Shown here one piece after another: positions 50,380 to 63,558 of a stretch of 63,750 bases of DNA (positions within the stretch are counted from its first letter, which is position 1; each line of letters opens with the position of its first letter). The notes beneath the pieces were generated by a model. That model was not told the DNA's origin and searched no databases. It saw only the letters and a list, made by a program, of their open reading frames with translations. The stretch lies in NCBI GenBank assembly GCA_028534125.1, contig CM052829.1, forward strand, positions 42,844,251-42,908,000, given 5' to 3'. The position numbers and the translations under genes were made by a program. The DNA comes from Lama glama. Taxonomy: Eukaryota.

Positions 50380-50620
50380 TGAAAGTGCAGACTCAGGAAT
50401 CGGTTTGAGTAGAAATTTCAGGTTTTCACTTACCAGTTTTGTGATCTTGGGCAACTTCCTTAGTTCCTCTAAGCTGAGTCTCTTCCTTATTTAGAAGATG
50501 GAAATAATGACAGTTTTTGCCTCATAGGATTGTTGTGAGAATTGAGCAAATGAATTTAAAGTACAAGCATAGTGTTTGGAACATAGCAAGTACCCAGTTA
50601 ATGTTAGTTTTCACTGTAGT
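50380..50620 (+). mobile_element. MIR SINE
   Basis: gtgatcttgggcaacttcctt...ctcataggattgttgtgagaattgag. Confidence 0.75.
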
Positions 50621-50677
50621 GATTGTTGTTTATCATAGCACATGCATATCTCATAATGTGTCATATCCTGGTGTCTA

Positions 50678-51204
50678 TGCTAGGGGAGGGAAAAAATCTT
50701 TTTCCTCTACTAATTTTACTTTCCCTGGATGGGACTCTCTAATCAGACTGGCCAAAGACAGTAACAAGAGAAAACAAACAAGTTTATTAACATGTGTATT
50801 GCACATGTTTACATGGGCACACCCAATGATGAGTATCCTGAAAAGACGGTTAGAATTTGGGTTTATATGCCATCTTAGGCTAATTAGAGGAAAAGGAGTT
50901 TTGGTCTTCTGGATGGAGGAGGCAAGTTATGGGAAAGTGACCAGGAAAAGTTTGCTAAACATGATTGTTATATAGATTTAAGTTAGAACCTTCTCCATTG
51001 CCAGGGGTTAGTTGTCAAGAGTCCTCTTTTTTCTTTACCTGAGAGGGAGACATCTTTACAAATGGAAGTTTTCTTTACAAAATAAAAACTTGTGCCCTGT
51101 TTTTAGAGCTTTTCCTGAATCTGCTGTTCTTAAAGGCCTTTAATTCAAAATAACCCCTATGCCAAAGAGGCATATTTTGAGTTGGCATGTTCTGGTATCC
51201 TTCA
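50678..51204 (-). mobile_element. ERV1 solo LTR (MER34-family-like)
   Basis: TG...CA termini; reverse complement starts tgaaggataccagaacatgccaactcaaaatatgcctctttggcata. Confidence 0.7.
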
Positions 51205-52526
51205 CTACCTCTTTAGCCAATCTCTTCTCCATTGATTTTTTTCTTTTTGGATTGCTGCCTTTCTCCTGGTTAATTGCCTTAGCCTTCTATCCTGTCTCTC
51301 CACTCCCAATTGAGAGAGATCATATTAGATGGTCCTGAGTGGATATAATATATAGCTATCAATTGAAATTAAGAGGGACAAGAGTATGGTTGAGTACTGG
51401 CAAATAGAAAGTATTTGGAACATCCCTTGTGGAGTAATTGGTAGGGCGTGTACAAGGATTGTTTTGTGTCCTAAAGTTGATTTGAATTGAGTCCCTTCAT
51501 TATAACTTAAGAATTTTCTGTAATAGTGTCTACAAGGAACTTCTCTACTTGGGAGCAGAGAAAGTTAAGGCTGTCCAGGATTGAAAATATCTGTGAGTAT
51601 GTGGAATGTAAAGAGGGCAAGGATTCTAGGAGCATGAGATTGAAATGGCTGACCACAAGTTCCAGGCTATGAAGCCAGGTGCTTGAACCTAGATCCCAGA
51701 GAGTAAGCTGACAGCACAGGGAGAGGTAAAAGCAAAGTAGGGAGGATAGAGAATAGGTTCATCCAAGAAGGGAGAACAGATAAATAAATTGTGCTGTATT
51801 CATATATAGAAAGCAATGAAAAGGAATGAACTTGAACTAATACTATGCAAGAGTAACAAGTTGCAAAAGAGTATCATTTATGTAAGATTTTTAGAAAGAT
51901 GTAAAACAATTCTTATTTATATCCAGATTTTACTTAAAGCCCCTTTATCAATATTTTAGGCAAAATTCTTACCAGCTTGTTTCCCTGGTCTCCCAACTCA
52001 CAATAGATTAGAAAGAGCAGATTTTAAGAGATTACCCTCTTAGATGCAATAAATGACCCAGTGGTGAAGATGGAAGAGACACAGAACTACTAAATTTGAC
52101 ACAGAAAAGGATCAAAAAGCATATGAATTTAACGAAAATTAATGCAGCTTAAACAGTCTTATGCCTAGACAGCACTAAGTGTACCCCTAATAAGGCACCA
52201 TTGGATAATTGATGTTTGTGATTAAGACTTTGTACCATCAAAATCAATTTAAATTTTATTTGGTATATTGTTTTCACAAAGAAAGGAGAGTATGTAATCA
52301 TTTTAAGACTTTCATGAAAATGGTTATGATGGAAAACAAAATCTTTTGGAAACTAAAAGGGATAAGCTTCATGTATTTGGGAAATTCTTTTAATGTGGAA
52401 CCCTTCATGCTTATTTTAATAAAGAATTACAGTAGTATGAAACAGAATATGATAGCTTGAGAGATAAATGACAATGTATAATTTGTCTCTTGAACTATAT
52501 TAATATACTTTTTGGTTTCTTGACAG

Positions 52527-52624
52527 ATTGTTTAACGAACAAAAGTGAAGAATTATCAAATAACACATTGTATTTCCTCAGTCTATTTAATCACACCTTG
52601 ACCTGCTTTGAGAATAACCTTCAG
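52527..52624 (+). CDS. OSTM1: OSTM1 coding exon 3
   Basis: Acceptor ttcttgacag. Reads (N)[32 protein letters not shown]. Donor gtattt at 52625; 98 nt. Confidence 0.97.
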
Positions 52625-53639
52625 GTATTTTATATGATATTTGAAATTAAAATGCTGCCTTGTACAAATGAATAATAATAATTCCAATTTTTATAGCATT
52701 AATTATTGCTAAAATTAAATATCTGCATGCACAATGTAAAGGAGTTAGTGGACCTGGAGTTCTGCTGAGTTCTTCTGTTACTAACCCTTATGCAGATCAT
52801 TAAAACTTCAGTTTTCTTATTTGTAAGGTGGGGCTGGTAACATTCACCTGCCTACCTTCTAGTATTTTGTAGTCAGGATCCAATGAGTTAATGAGTATGA
52901 ACATATTAACTTTCTAATTAAAACACAGTATTGTTCTATATGACAGTAATTTATCTTGACTTTGTTTATGTGGTATATTTTGCAGTGCAGTATGAGTCTC
53001 TCTGCCTCTAGGAAGCTTATTTTTTGCTCAATATTTCTTAAATATATTTTACCTACTTTAAAAGCCAGTTTAGTACGGTAACGTTGAGTATGGAATTATA
53101 CTGTAAAAGATAGTCTTTAAGAAACCTACCTTATTGGTTTTTTGTTTTCTCCACCTCTGACCCTTGAATGTTAGTATTGGAACTTTCCTGGTGGTGGTGA
53201 GGGGTGAAATTGGAATTCTGGTAAAATCCTACTTTTAAAACTTGTGTAACAAGTAAATAATCCTCACAAATAGATATAAACATGTTTAGGATATAGGTAT
53301 ATATGATTTCTTCTTTAGTAAGTGTGATAACACAGGATTATGAGTTTCCCTGAGAAAAATAAAAACTATTAGATAAGCATTTCCCAAATATGTTCTGCAA
53401 GATTTTAATAAATACCCAATTAAAAAAAGTTTAATGTTCTTAATAAGAGTGGGAAATGCTTTACTGCACGACTTCAGAACCTTAGTGGACTAATGTACAT
53501 TGTAAAACTCCAAATGGTAATTTTTGTGTACAGCATCTACCAAACCTATTTGACTAAGAATGCTTTGGTTTAAGAGACTAGTTAGTGTTCTGATGAATGT
53601 ACCATAGGGAAATTAGCATGTTTCCTGGAATGTTAGTTG

Positions 53640-54950
53640 CAAATATTTTTTCGTAGTTTCTGTTTGTCTTTTTATTGTGCTTCTCTTTTTGTTATGAAGT
53701 TTTAATTTTTATGTTGTTAGATTTATCAAAATTTATTTAATAGCCTGTGGATTTTTTGTCACACTAGGCCTTTCGCCTCTTTGAGATTATTTTAAAATGT
53801 TCTCCTGTGATTCTTTTAGTACTTTTGTGGTTTCTTTTTCTGTATTTAAACATTCTTTACCTATCTGAAATTTGTTGTCGTGTAAATTGTGAGGCATAAC
53901 TCCAACCTATTTTCCCTAATGGCTTCTTGACTGTCACAACATGATTTACTAAATAAACCATAAAATGAATTTTAGAAACAAGTTCAAACAAGTCAGTCAT
54001 TTTGAGATTTTATTAGAATTGCTTTATATTTTAGATTCATCATTTGGGAAGAATTGACATGTTATGATATTGAGCTTTCCTATCTGGGAGTATGATATAT
54101 TCACTTTTTAAAAATATTTAAAAAAGAATATAAAATTTACCATGTTACAATTTTTAAGTGTACCCTTCAGTGCATTAAGTATACTCACACTGTTGTACAA
54201 CTCTACCACCATCCATCTCTAGAATTTTTTTATCGTCTTAAGTTGAAACTCTGTACACATTAAGCAGTAACTTTCCATTTCTCCCTCCTCTAGTCCCTGG
54301 AAACTGCCATTATTCTTAATTTTTTTCTTTCTTTCTTTCTTCTTTATTTTTTAATGTTCTCTAGCACAGTTTTACTTATTTATTTAAATTTCATATAGGT
54401 CTTATACAATTCTTAAGTTTATTTCAAGGTATTATATAGTTTTTGGTGCCCTTGTGAATGATATCTTTTCTTCTCCCACTACAGATTTTAACTGGCTACT
54501 TTCTTTTAAAATGTTTTATTTTGCAACAATTTTAGATTTATGAAAAGTTGCAAAGATAATACAGAGAATTCTTGTATGTTCCTGACTTACTTTCCCCTAA
54601 TGTTCACCTTATGTTACCATGGTGCATTTCTCAAAAATAAGAAATCAACATTGGTACATAACTATTAACTAAATGCCAGACTTTATTCTGACTTCACCAG
54701 CTTTTCTACTAATGTCCTTTCTGTATTTCAGGATCTAGTCCAAGATAATAATGCATTGCATTTAGTAACTGGTTACTCCTCAAAATTTGTCATAAATATA
54801 GCTACATTTCCTTCCTTATTCCAAATGCTGTATTTGTGAGTCCTTTTTTCCCTTGAGTTTTCTTTAGGCTTGTTAAAGGTACATTAGTTTTGTTTTTCTG
54901 GTTTTTTGGGGTTTTTTTAATCTTTTTGAAAACCTTCATTTGGCTTTGTT
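53640..54950 (-). mobile_element. Cluster of old L1 fragments
   Basis: T-rich degenerate ORF2-like sequence with nested L1 3' ends at about 54120-54320 and 54510-54765. Confidence 0.6.
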
Positions 54951-54959
54951 GTGCTGATC

Positions 54960-55290
54960 AGAGAAGGAAAGAGAAGAATCAGGATGATCTTAGGCTCTTG
55001 GCCTTAGTAGCTTGAGAGGATGATGGGGCCACGAGGAAGACTGGATATAGTGGGGATTAAGAATTCTGTTTTGAACACGTTAAGTATGAAATTAAACATC
55101 CAAGTTGAGATGTCAGATGGTCAGTGTTACAGATGAGATTGGAGCTCAGAGAAGTGTGAGCTGGAGCTATAGATTTGAGAGTCATCAGATACGGTGGTAT
55201 GAAGTCTAGAAACCTGGATGTAAGTGAGTGTAGATAGAGATGATAAAGAGGTCCCAAGGACTGAGTCCTGGGGAACTCCACTGTTTTGTA
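54960..55290 (-). mobile_element. L2 fragment
   Basis: gaattctgttttgaacacgttaagtatgaa...ggactgagtcctggggaactcca. Confidence 0.65.
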
Positions 55291-55996
55291 AATGTGTGTG
55301 TGGGTGTGGGTGTGTTTGAGAGGGGAAGGGAGCCAGCTAAAGAGATAGGTGGTAGCAGTGAATTTGGTGGTCTTGGCTGTGGTAGTGGCTTCCAGCTCAG
55401 TGATGGAGCAGAGATGTAGATTTAAGTCCCAGACCAAATTCACCTTGGCTAGTAAGTGTTTGCAGGTGGTTTCTCTGGGAACCTGGACTGTCTTGGTGGC
55501 TGTGGAGACTGCTTTTTGTGGGTGGCCCAGCAGGCAGGGTGGGGCTGTTATCCCAGCCTCTTTCATCTTTAGAGGATAGTGGGTGGCTGCAGGGGATAGA
55601 AGTTCACCAGAGACTGTGGTTCTGACTAGTTTCTCTAGGAGTGGTGCGATAGCTGTAATACAACCTTCCTGTGATGAAATGTGCATGTCACACCTTTATA
55701 ATTTACAGTGCTTTTCAAGGGCCTGGGTGCCTGGGTTTTCCCTTCTGTTCTTAAATCTCTTCAGAAATGAAATCAGGACATAGGCATATGCTGATGTCAT
55801 CATCTTCCCAGAATCATACTTCCTCATTTGTTTTAAACGCCACAGGGCTTTTTATTGTTTGGCTATGCCACCATTTAGTCAGCCAGTCTCTATATTGTTG
55901 GAGATTTTTGTTTGGTTCAGTATTATTACAAACATGGACAGTCTTTTTAGGGTATTTATGTGAGTTTATCTGTCTGGTAGATTCCTAGAAGTGAAA

Positions 55997-56812
55997 TTTT
56001 TTTAACATTTTTTATTGATTTATAATCATTTTACAATGTTGTGTCAAATTCCAGTGTTCAGCACAATTTTTCAGTTATTCATGGACATATACACACTCAT
56101 TGTCACATTTTTTTTTCTCTGTGATTTATCATAACATTTNNNNNNNNNNNNNNNNNNNNNNNNNNNNNNNNNNNNNNNNNNNNNNNNNNNNNNNNNNNNN
56201 NNNNNNNNNNNNNNNNNNNNNNNNNNNNNNNNNNNNNNNNNNNNNNNNNNNNNNNNNNNNNNNNNNNNNNNNNNNNNNNNNNNNNNNNNNNNNNNNNNNN
56301 NNNNNNNNNNNNNNNNNNNNNNNNNNNNNNNNNNNNNNNNNNNNNNNNNNNNNNNNNNNNNNNNNNNNNNNNNNNNNNNNNNNNNNNNNNNNNNNNNNNN
56401 NNNNNNNNNNNNNNNNNNNNNNNNNNNNNNNNNNNNNNNNNNNNNNNNNNNNNNNNNNNNNNNNNNNNNNNNNNNNNNNNNNNNNNNNNNNNNNNNNNNN
56501 NNNNNNNNNNNNNNNNNNNNNNNNNNNNNNNNNNNNNNNNNNNNNNNNNNNNNNNNNNNNNNNNNNNNNNNNNNNNNNNNNNNNNNNNNNNNNNNNNNNN
56601 NNNNNNNNNNNNNNNNNNNNNNNNNNNNNNNNNNNNNNNTAATATTCTCGTATGATATTCTGTATTTCTATTTTGTTTGTTGTAATTTCTCCATATTCCT
56701 TTCTTATTTTGCTAATTTGTGCTCTCTCTTTTTTCTTCTTTGTGAGTTTGGCCAGAGGTTTGTCGATTTTATTTATTTTTTCAAAAAACCAGCTTTTGGT
56801 TTGGTTGATTTT
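55997..56812 (-). mobile_element. Young 5'-truncated L1 in OSTM1 intron 3, spanning the assembly gap, 15-bp TSD
   Basis: TSD ttcctagaagtgaaa at 55982-55996 and 56813-56827; L1 3' end left of the gap, stop-free ORF2 piece ([23 protein letters not shown]...) right of it. Confidence 0.88.
56140..56639. other. Assembly gap (500 N)
   Basis: Run of N. Confidence 1.
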
Positions 56813-57867
56813 TTCCTAGAAGTGAAACTGAAGTGTCAAAATATATGTGCACTTTCAGTTTTAATATAAGTGACTAAATTACCCCCCCCAACTAGGTGTT
56901 GTGCTCAACTTTTAATTGAACACATTTAGCTAAATGCACAATTGTTCTGTGAAAAACAGGCAATGGGCTATTTCTTGTGGCAGAACTAAAGGGGGATTGA
57001 GTTTCTCTATCAAATAGATAGTGAGGGTAACATTTTAGGGGCTACATCAGGTTAATTCCTTTAATTTTTCCTTTTCTTTTTCATTGTGGTATTCAATTAA
57101 TATCATTTCTCTAGGCATCAAGGTAAAGAATGAAGGAAATAGAAAACAAAGGTGTGAACTGACTGTTCAGCAAACTTGTTCTTGAAGTACAAGTGTTAGT
57201 CCAGGAAGTGGAAAAGATTGAAATTCACTAAACATAATGTCTTGTGTGTTATACCCGCTACTTTCATTTTAGGTTATACAGTTCTTTGGTGTTAGTCCCT
57301 TTTTGTTGACTAGAAAGGCCTGGATTATAAGCCTTGGGGTGAGAGGGTTGAGAAGAGATGTAGTTTTGGTGACTTTTCCTTTTCTGTCAATAAAGTCCTC
57401 CCTCTCTCAGGCAGGCAGACTTCATTGTTGAAGTCAGCACAGGCAAGGGCATATTTTATTTATTCCTTGAAAGTAGAATAGATAAGAGCAGATGTATAAA
57501 TGATAAGGTAACTTGGGAAATATTTATATTTAGGTATCAATAATTTGGCCTATGAGCTAGTGTTATCCACAGTTAACAGTGGCTAGTGCAGTGGTTTTCA
57601 AAATTTAAGAGCAACTAGAAAAATGCCAAGTATTTTGCTGTGTTTTACATACCAGTCTCTAATCCTTGGGACCTATGATAGAGATAAGCGTATTCCTGTT
57701 TTATAGATGATAAAACTGAGTCTCAGAATGATTTAGCAACCTGTCTAACGTCACAGCTCAGCACTTTAACATGCTCTACTGTTTTCTGTCCTGTAGGAGG
57801 GCAAATAGCTTAAGTTAAAGAGATGTTATATTTTTTGTGTGTGTTACATGTACCTTTGACATTTTAG

Positions 57868-58035
57868 GGGAGCACACATAGTCATCTACAGCTAAGAAAT
57901 TATTCAGAAGTATGCAAAAACTGTGGCGAAGCATACAAAGCTCTGAGTAATCTATACAGTGAAATGCAAAAAATGAATGAACTTGAAAATAAGGCTGAAT
58001 CTGGAACACATCTATGCATTGATGTGGAAGATGCA
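57868..58035 (+). CDS. OSTM1: OSTM1 coding exon 4
   Basis: Not in the ORF track; translated by hand after acceptor attttag as [56 protein letters not shown]. Donor gtaagt at 58036; 168 nt. Confidence 0.97.
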
Positions 58036-58499
58036 GTAAGTACTTTGCTTCTGATATGATACATATTTTGCAGTGTTGTTAAATATGCCTTTAGAATTAT
58101 TATCCCTCTTAGAAGTATATTGGAATGTGCATATGCTGTCTTCAGCCAGAAATAACTAGTTATAAAGTAGTTAAGTCTTAGAATATCCTGATCTGTCAAA
58201 CAACAATGGAAATTAATCAGGTACTTCTTAAACAAGTTGATAATTTGGTACATTTGGGTTTTTTAAATTAAAGTGTTGTTGATTTACAATGTTATATTAG
58301 TTTCAGGCATACAACATAGAAATTTAATATTTTTATAGATTCTACTCCATTTAAAAAATTGTTTTTTAAGTTTGATAATGTGTATTATTTTCAGAGGTGT
58401 GGATGTGGTTAAATGTTTGCATTTCATTTTCTTGTGCACTTGTTGCTAATACAAGAAGTTTCTAGGTTTCACTACCATGTTTCTGAAACTGTTTCTCAA

Positions 58500-58700
58500 T
58501 TACTTCCTGTCCCATTGCTTTATTTCTTTGTCTATTACCATCTGAAAAGGGATGTTTACTTATTTATAGTCTGTCTACCCTCACTAAACTATAAGCCACA
58601 TGAGGACAAGGACTTCATGTCCTTTTTGTTCACTGTTCAATATCTAGAACAGTGCCTGGCAAATAGGAGGCTCTTAGTAACATGTATTGATTGAATGATC
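58500..58700 (+). mobile_element. L2 3' end
   Basis: taagccacatgaggacaaggact...ctagaacagtgcctggca...tattgattgaatga. Confidence 0.7.
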
Positions 58701-60100
58701 AACCAAAAACCTTTTTTTCTCCATTGAATAGCCTGCCTTTACATAGGGCACCACTAGATGGCGATCATGCCTTTTTATGGGAATAGGATACCTGAGTATT
58801 GAGGCATTAGAGGAAATTGAGAAATTATTGACTATAAGCAGAGAACTTGTGGTCAAAATTGGTAAACTTAATGGTTGAGAATGAAGAGTGTGAATTATAG
58901 CAGCTCAGAGTGAACCATAGTGGATCAGTAATATTCACGATGGTAAAATGCACTTAAAACAGATGCTCCATGGGGATTTTTATTTGTTACTGTTCTGTTC
59001 CTAATGTCTAGAATAGTACCTGGCTTCTGATAGGTTCTCAATAAATAATAACTATATTTTAAAAAATAAAGAGTCTATTTTATTGTTTTTAAAATAAAGA
59101 AGAAAAATGAATATTGATTCTATGACATAAGTTGGATTATACAGGAAATCAATATGACCACGTATTTTAGAACATCCATCTTGCAGTAAGCAAAACTTAA
59201 AACATACAATGCACCATTTGTAAACCATATCTAAATTAAACAAAATTCAGGCAAGAACAGTTTTCTACATTAAATTTGATAATTTCCTTACATCACTTAC
59301 CTGTTTGGCAGAAGCTTTGACCTAAGTGAAACTGAGGTACTGCTGCCCCTAAATGTATCTAACATATGCTACTAAATAAGATATTGATATTGTCTAATAA
59401 AGTTTCCATGGCTCATTAGCTGTTAAGTACTTAGAAATAACTTGCCATGAGTATGAATCTTTCATAATATCTTAGGTAAGATATTAAGCATTTCATACAA
59501 TCATCTCTTGAAGAGAAGCCCTATGAAGTTGATATTTTTATTTCCATCTAAAAATATTGCAACAACCTCAGTGATATTATATAGGTAACATATGAAAAAA
59601 TATTTTGTTTTTGTGAGCCTTCTCCTCCCCCTAGTTTAATTGACATGTGATTGACAAAATTGTAATATATTTAAAGTGTACCATGTTATGATTTGATGTA
59701 CATAAACATTGTGAAAGGATTCCCACAATTGAGTTAATTAACATCCATTATCTGTCATAGTTACCCCTTTAAATCTTTAAATTTTTAATGAATGAAGCAT
59801 GGTCTAACTATATTCCTATGATGTAAGTTCTCTGAACTCTGTGAAAAGTTGACATTTTTTGGACAGTATTATGAATTTAAAATATGGAATTTCTATATGG
59901 ATGTAAATTTATACAATGACTAATTGTGAACCAACTTATTTCCCTGGTAGAAGAAATTGTCCTCAACTATTAATATAATTTTTAGGGATGTATGTTTAGT
60001 CTAAATTCTGGGTTCTTGTTGTTAATAAAATAATTTTATGAAATTGAAGACAAGACAAATTAAATTTAAAATAGAGTAACATTATTTGTTATTGTTCCAG

Positions 60101-60266
60101 ATGAATATTACTCGAAAACTGTGGAGTCGAACTTTCAACTGTTCAGTCCTTTGCAGTGACACAGTGCCTGTAATTGCTGTTTCTGTGTTCATTCTCTTTC
60201 TACCTGTTGTATTCTACCTTAGTAGCTTTCTTCACTCAGAGCAAAAGAAACGCAAACTCATTCTAC
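60101..60266 (+). CDS. OSTM1: OSTM1 coding exon 5 (transmembrane helix)
   Basis: Acceptor ttgttccag. Reads [55 protein letters not shown]. Donor gtaagt at 60267; 166 nt. Confidence 0.97.
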
Positions 60267-61289
60267 GTAAGTTTATTTTTACAATTGTTCATTTATTTAG
60301 ATAAAAACCTGTATTTTAAAAAATCTGCTCCTGTTTTAGAAATGATATATACTCTGAGAACTCAAACTATATTACCCTAAAACAGCTCTTTTCTTCAAAT
60401 TTTACAGTTTTGCTCACTAATGGCAGAGATGTGTAAGTTTATAAGGTCAACATGCAGTATCTTTGATGCTTTAACTGAGAAAGCTAGATTCCCTGGAATA
60501 AGGTTGACATCAACAAAGGAATAGCTGCAAAGGCTGTGCAGACCTGAAATGGCCATAGTAGGGAGATACATAGTAGGGAGTTCTTTGGCCCATTAGAGCC
60601 ATGGCAGAGCCACCTAACAGAGCGGCAGGCAGAGAGAAACTGTAGCTTACACACAGACAGTTTGTTTAGGAACAAATTGAAATTGTAGTTGCAAGAAAGT
60701 TACTTGATGTTTAGCACATGCTCAATACCTATTGATTCCTTTCCTTTCTGTAAATTTCTTTCCAGCACTTCATGATTTATCTAACTTCATTTCTAATGTA
60801 TCTGACTTTAAAAACAAAAAAACAGGTTATTTGTAGATCAGTTTGAACTAAATTTGTAATGCTTGTCACCTCAAAAAGCTAGCTACTAGAGGAGAGGGTC
60901 TTTATCATGGGTATATTTAGTAAAGCATTTTGAAGATTGCCAGCATTCTGTAAATATGTAATAACTCAGTCCTAAAAGCACTTTTTAGAATAATAACAAA
61001 ACATTGCAGGGACCTCACTGTTGTGAAAATTTACTTTTCAGGGCTTGGTGTACTTTTAAAGTTTAGCATTTTATTTGCTTTGCAAGTGTATTTATCTCTG
61101 CAGGAGATATATACTACTTCTGATCAGTGTTTTGTTTCTTTGATTGATTGATTGTTTTCACAGGAAAAGTCACTACCACTCGTCTGCTTGTACAAGCTAC
61201 AAATCTTGTTGTCTTTTAACTTCTTAATTCTTCTTCTTTTCTTTTATTTCCTCATTCCCATATTCCCGTCTGCACCCCTTTTCAATTCA

Positions 61290-62062
61290 TCAGCTAGTAT
61301 TGCCAGCTCTATTTCCAAAGATATATCTTAAGTTATCTCTTCTCTACCTCCACCAGTGACACCTTAGAGCTCAAGGCATCATCGTCTCTTATCTGCACTA
61401 ATGCAGGGGTCCCTTAACCAGTGTACCTGCTTCCATTTCTTGACCCACCATAATCCATTCTCCATATAGTGGCTAGAGTAAACTTTTAAACACAAATTTT
61501 ACCATGCTCCTCTCCCATTTGAAATTCTTCCTGTGTCCCTGTTGCACCTAGAATAAAAACTAAACTTATTCCAGGGTCTGCTCTCTGAGCTGCAGGTGAC
61601 CTGGTCCCCAATCCACCTTCCTAAACATCTTGCATCCACCCCTTCTTAGCCAGTGATACTGTACATAAGCAGTGGAGCCTTTTTTCTGCTCCTCTCAAAC
61701 ACCAAGATAATTCTCATTCCCCTCTTTCCAAGGCTCTTATACTTGTCCTCCCCACTTTCCTTGAGTGGTTCCTTGTCACCCAGGCCTTAGGTCAGAGGTT
61801 ACTACACAAGGAGACCTTTTATGACCCCCCCACCTAAGAATACACCCTTCTTTTAATTTTTATACATCCTTCTTTAATAGCACTTAATCACTACTTAAAC
61901 TACCTTTTCCACTTATTTTCTACCTTACTTGTTTGTCTACCCTGACTTGACTATAAACTCAATCAGAAAAAAGATTTTGTTTATCTTGCTCATTAATATA
62001 TCACCAGCATCCAGAAAATACCTGGCCCATAGTATGTGCTCAAAAATATTTGTTGAATAAAA
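61290..62062 (+). mobile_element. L2 3' region
   Basis: Pyrimidine-rich L2-like body ending cctggcccatagtatgtgctcaaaaatatttgttgaataaa. Confidence 0.75.
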
Positions 62063-62918
62063 GAACATTATATTTTATATTTAAAGGTAGCATTTCCTGG
62101 AGTGTTTTCCTCCAAATACTAGTCCTGTGAAAATCATTTTCATGAGCTTCATAATGTACCTGAAGATAAACTAAGGCCTCTGAGATTACATTCCCCAAAC
62201 TTGACAATAGAACCTTTGCATAATACCTATTAATGTTTCACAGAAACATTGTTTATGAGTTAAATGATGAACTTAAAGAAATGCTGGTATAGGCAAACAG
62301 TTCTTGTGCTGTTACCTCATGGACATTTTAATTTACTTTTCTTTATGCCACCATTTTATATGATCCCATTCATCAAGTCCTATAGTAGGAATTAAGGATT
62401 TAAAAAAGGAACAAGGCACAGTGGATACCCTCAAAGAACATACTGACCATAATCCAATTATTACAACAAATGTAGTAGAGGTATATACAGTGTGATTGGA
62501 CCACAGAGGAGGATAAGATGAACTCTGCATTAGGGGTGTTGGAATTCACCACTAGATTATCCCTGGGGTAGAATTTTGAAGGATGTAGGGAATAATCAGA
62601 TAGAGAATAAGGAAGCAAGGAAGTTGTAGGTATATGTACTAATTGGTATTGCTACCTGGTTAGTTTAATAAACTTGGTAATTAGTGAGAAACTGCATTAC
62701 TTTTAATAATTTTAAACAACCTAATTTAAGACAAAAACTTTTCATTTAGTTTACCTTCTAAATCCACTGAAGACTTAAAGAGTATACTTTTAGTTTAAGC
62801 TGTTTTTGAGTTAAAGTTGTTTTTAAGGTTAGGCTGCAGCAATATACTGGTCCAGGAAGTTACGTTGTCATCTTGCACTTACACTGGTTGTCAGAGGGGA
62901 CCCTGATAGAAACTAGAA

Positions 62919-63053
62919 CAGTGGTTCTCATCCTTGACCAGATACCAGAATTGTCTGCAGAGCTTTAGAAAAAAATTAAACAAAAAACAAATGCCTGGGG
63001 CCCACTGTAGGCCTTTTACATCATAACCTCTACACTAGTGTTGAGAACCTCTG
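62919..63053. mobile_element. MER5A-like hAT-Charlie element
   Basis: Inverted termini cagtggttctca ... tgagaacctctg. Confidence 0.7.
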
Positions 63054-63502
63054 AAGTAGAGAGATTCCAATTTATCTAGTGTAAGATACTTTCACTACGG
63101 TATGGTTGTTTTCGATTTCTGGAACATGAGAAACATTTATCTTTAACTATAACTACAAAACATATTACAAAGCCAAATAACCATGACTTTATTAACTCTA
63201 ATTTTTAAATAGAGTACTTTCACTTATATTACATATTTAAGATTGTGGTGTTCAAGTTTATATAAATTATGTCTATTTTATTTGGTACTGCTTCTAACAA
63301 AGTCATGTGCAGCTTCTAGCAAAGTTAAGTTTTTTGAGGTTGATAGGAAAAAATAGACTTAGGTTTTAATTCTTATAATATTGAATCTATTCAGATTCAA
63401 ACAGAGTTAATAGATGAATACTATAGTTTACATAAAAATGATAAATAATCATATTTAGAGAATTAAAATTAAATTAAAATATAATACTTTTGATTTATTT
63501 AG

Positions 63503-63558
63503 CCAAACGTCTCAAGTCTAGTGCAAGCTTTGCAAATGTTCAAGAAAATTCAAACTGA
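63503..63558 (+). CDS. OSTM1: OSTM1 coding exon 6 (cytosolic tail and stop)
   Basis: Acceptor ttatttag. Reads (P)KRLKSSASFANVQENSN then TGA at 63556-63558. Confidence 0.96.

Larger units (their letters stand above)
33317..63558 (+). other. OSTM1: OSTM1 gene, coding span (6 coding exons, 1011-nt CDS, 336 aa)
   Basis: Exons of 408+115+98+168+166+56 nt splice in frame through GT-AG introns. The product has a signal peptide, a Cys-rich luminal domain with 10 N-x-S/T sequons, one TM helix ([21 protein letters not shown]) and the tail KKRKLILPKRLKSSASFANVQENSN, matching the OSTM1 protein as I know it. Confidence 0.98.

Noticed and set aside
56100..56642. 180-aa ORF
   Set aside because: Artefact of the N gap.
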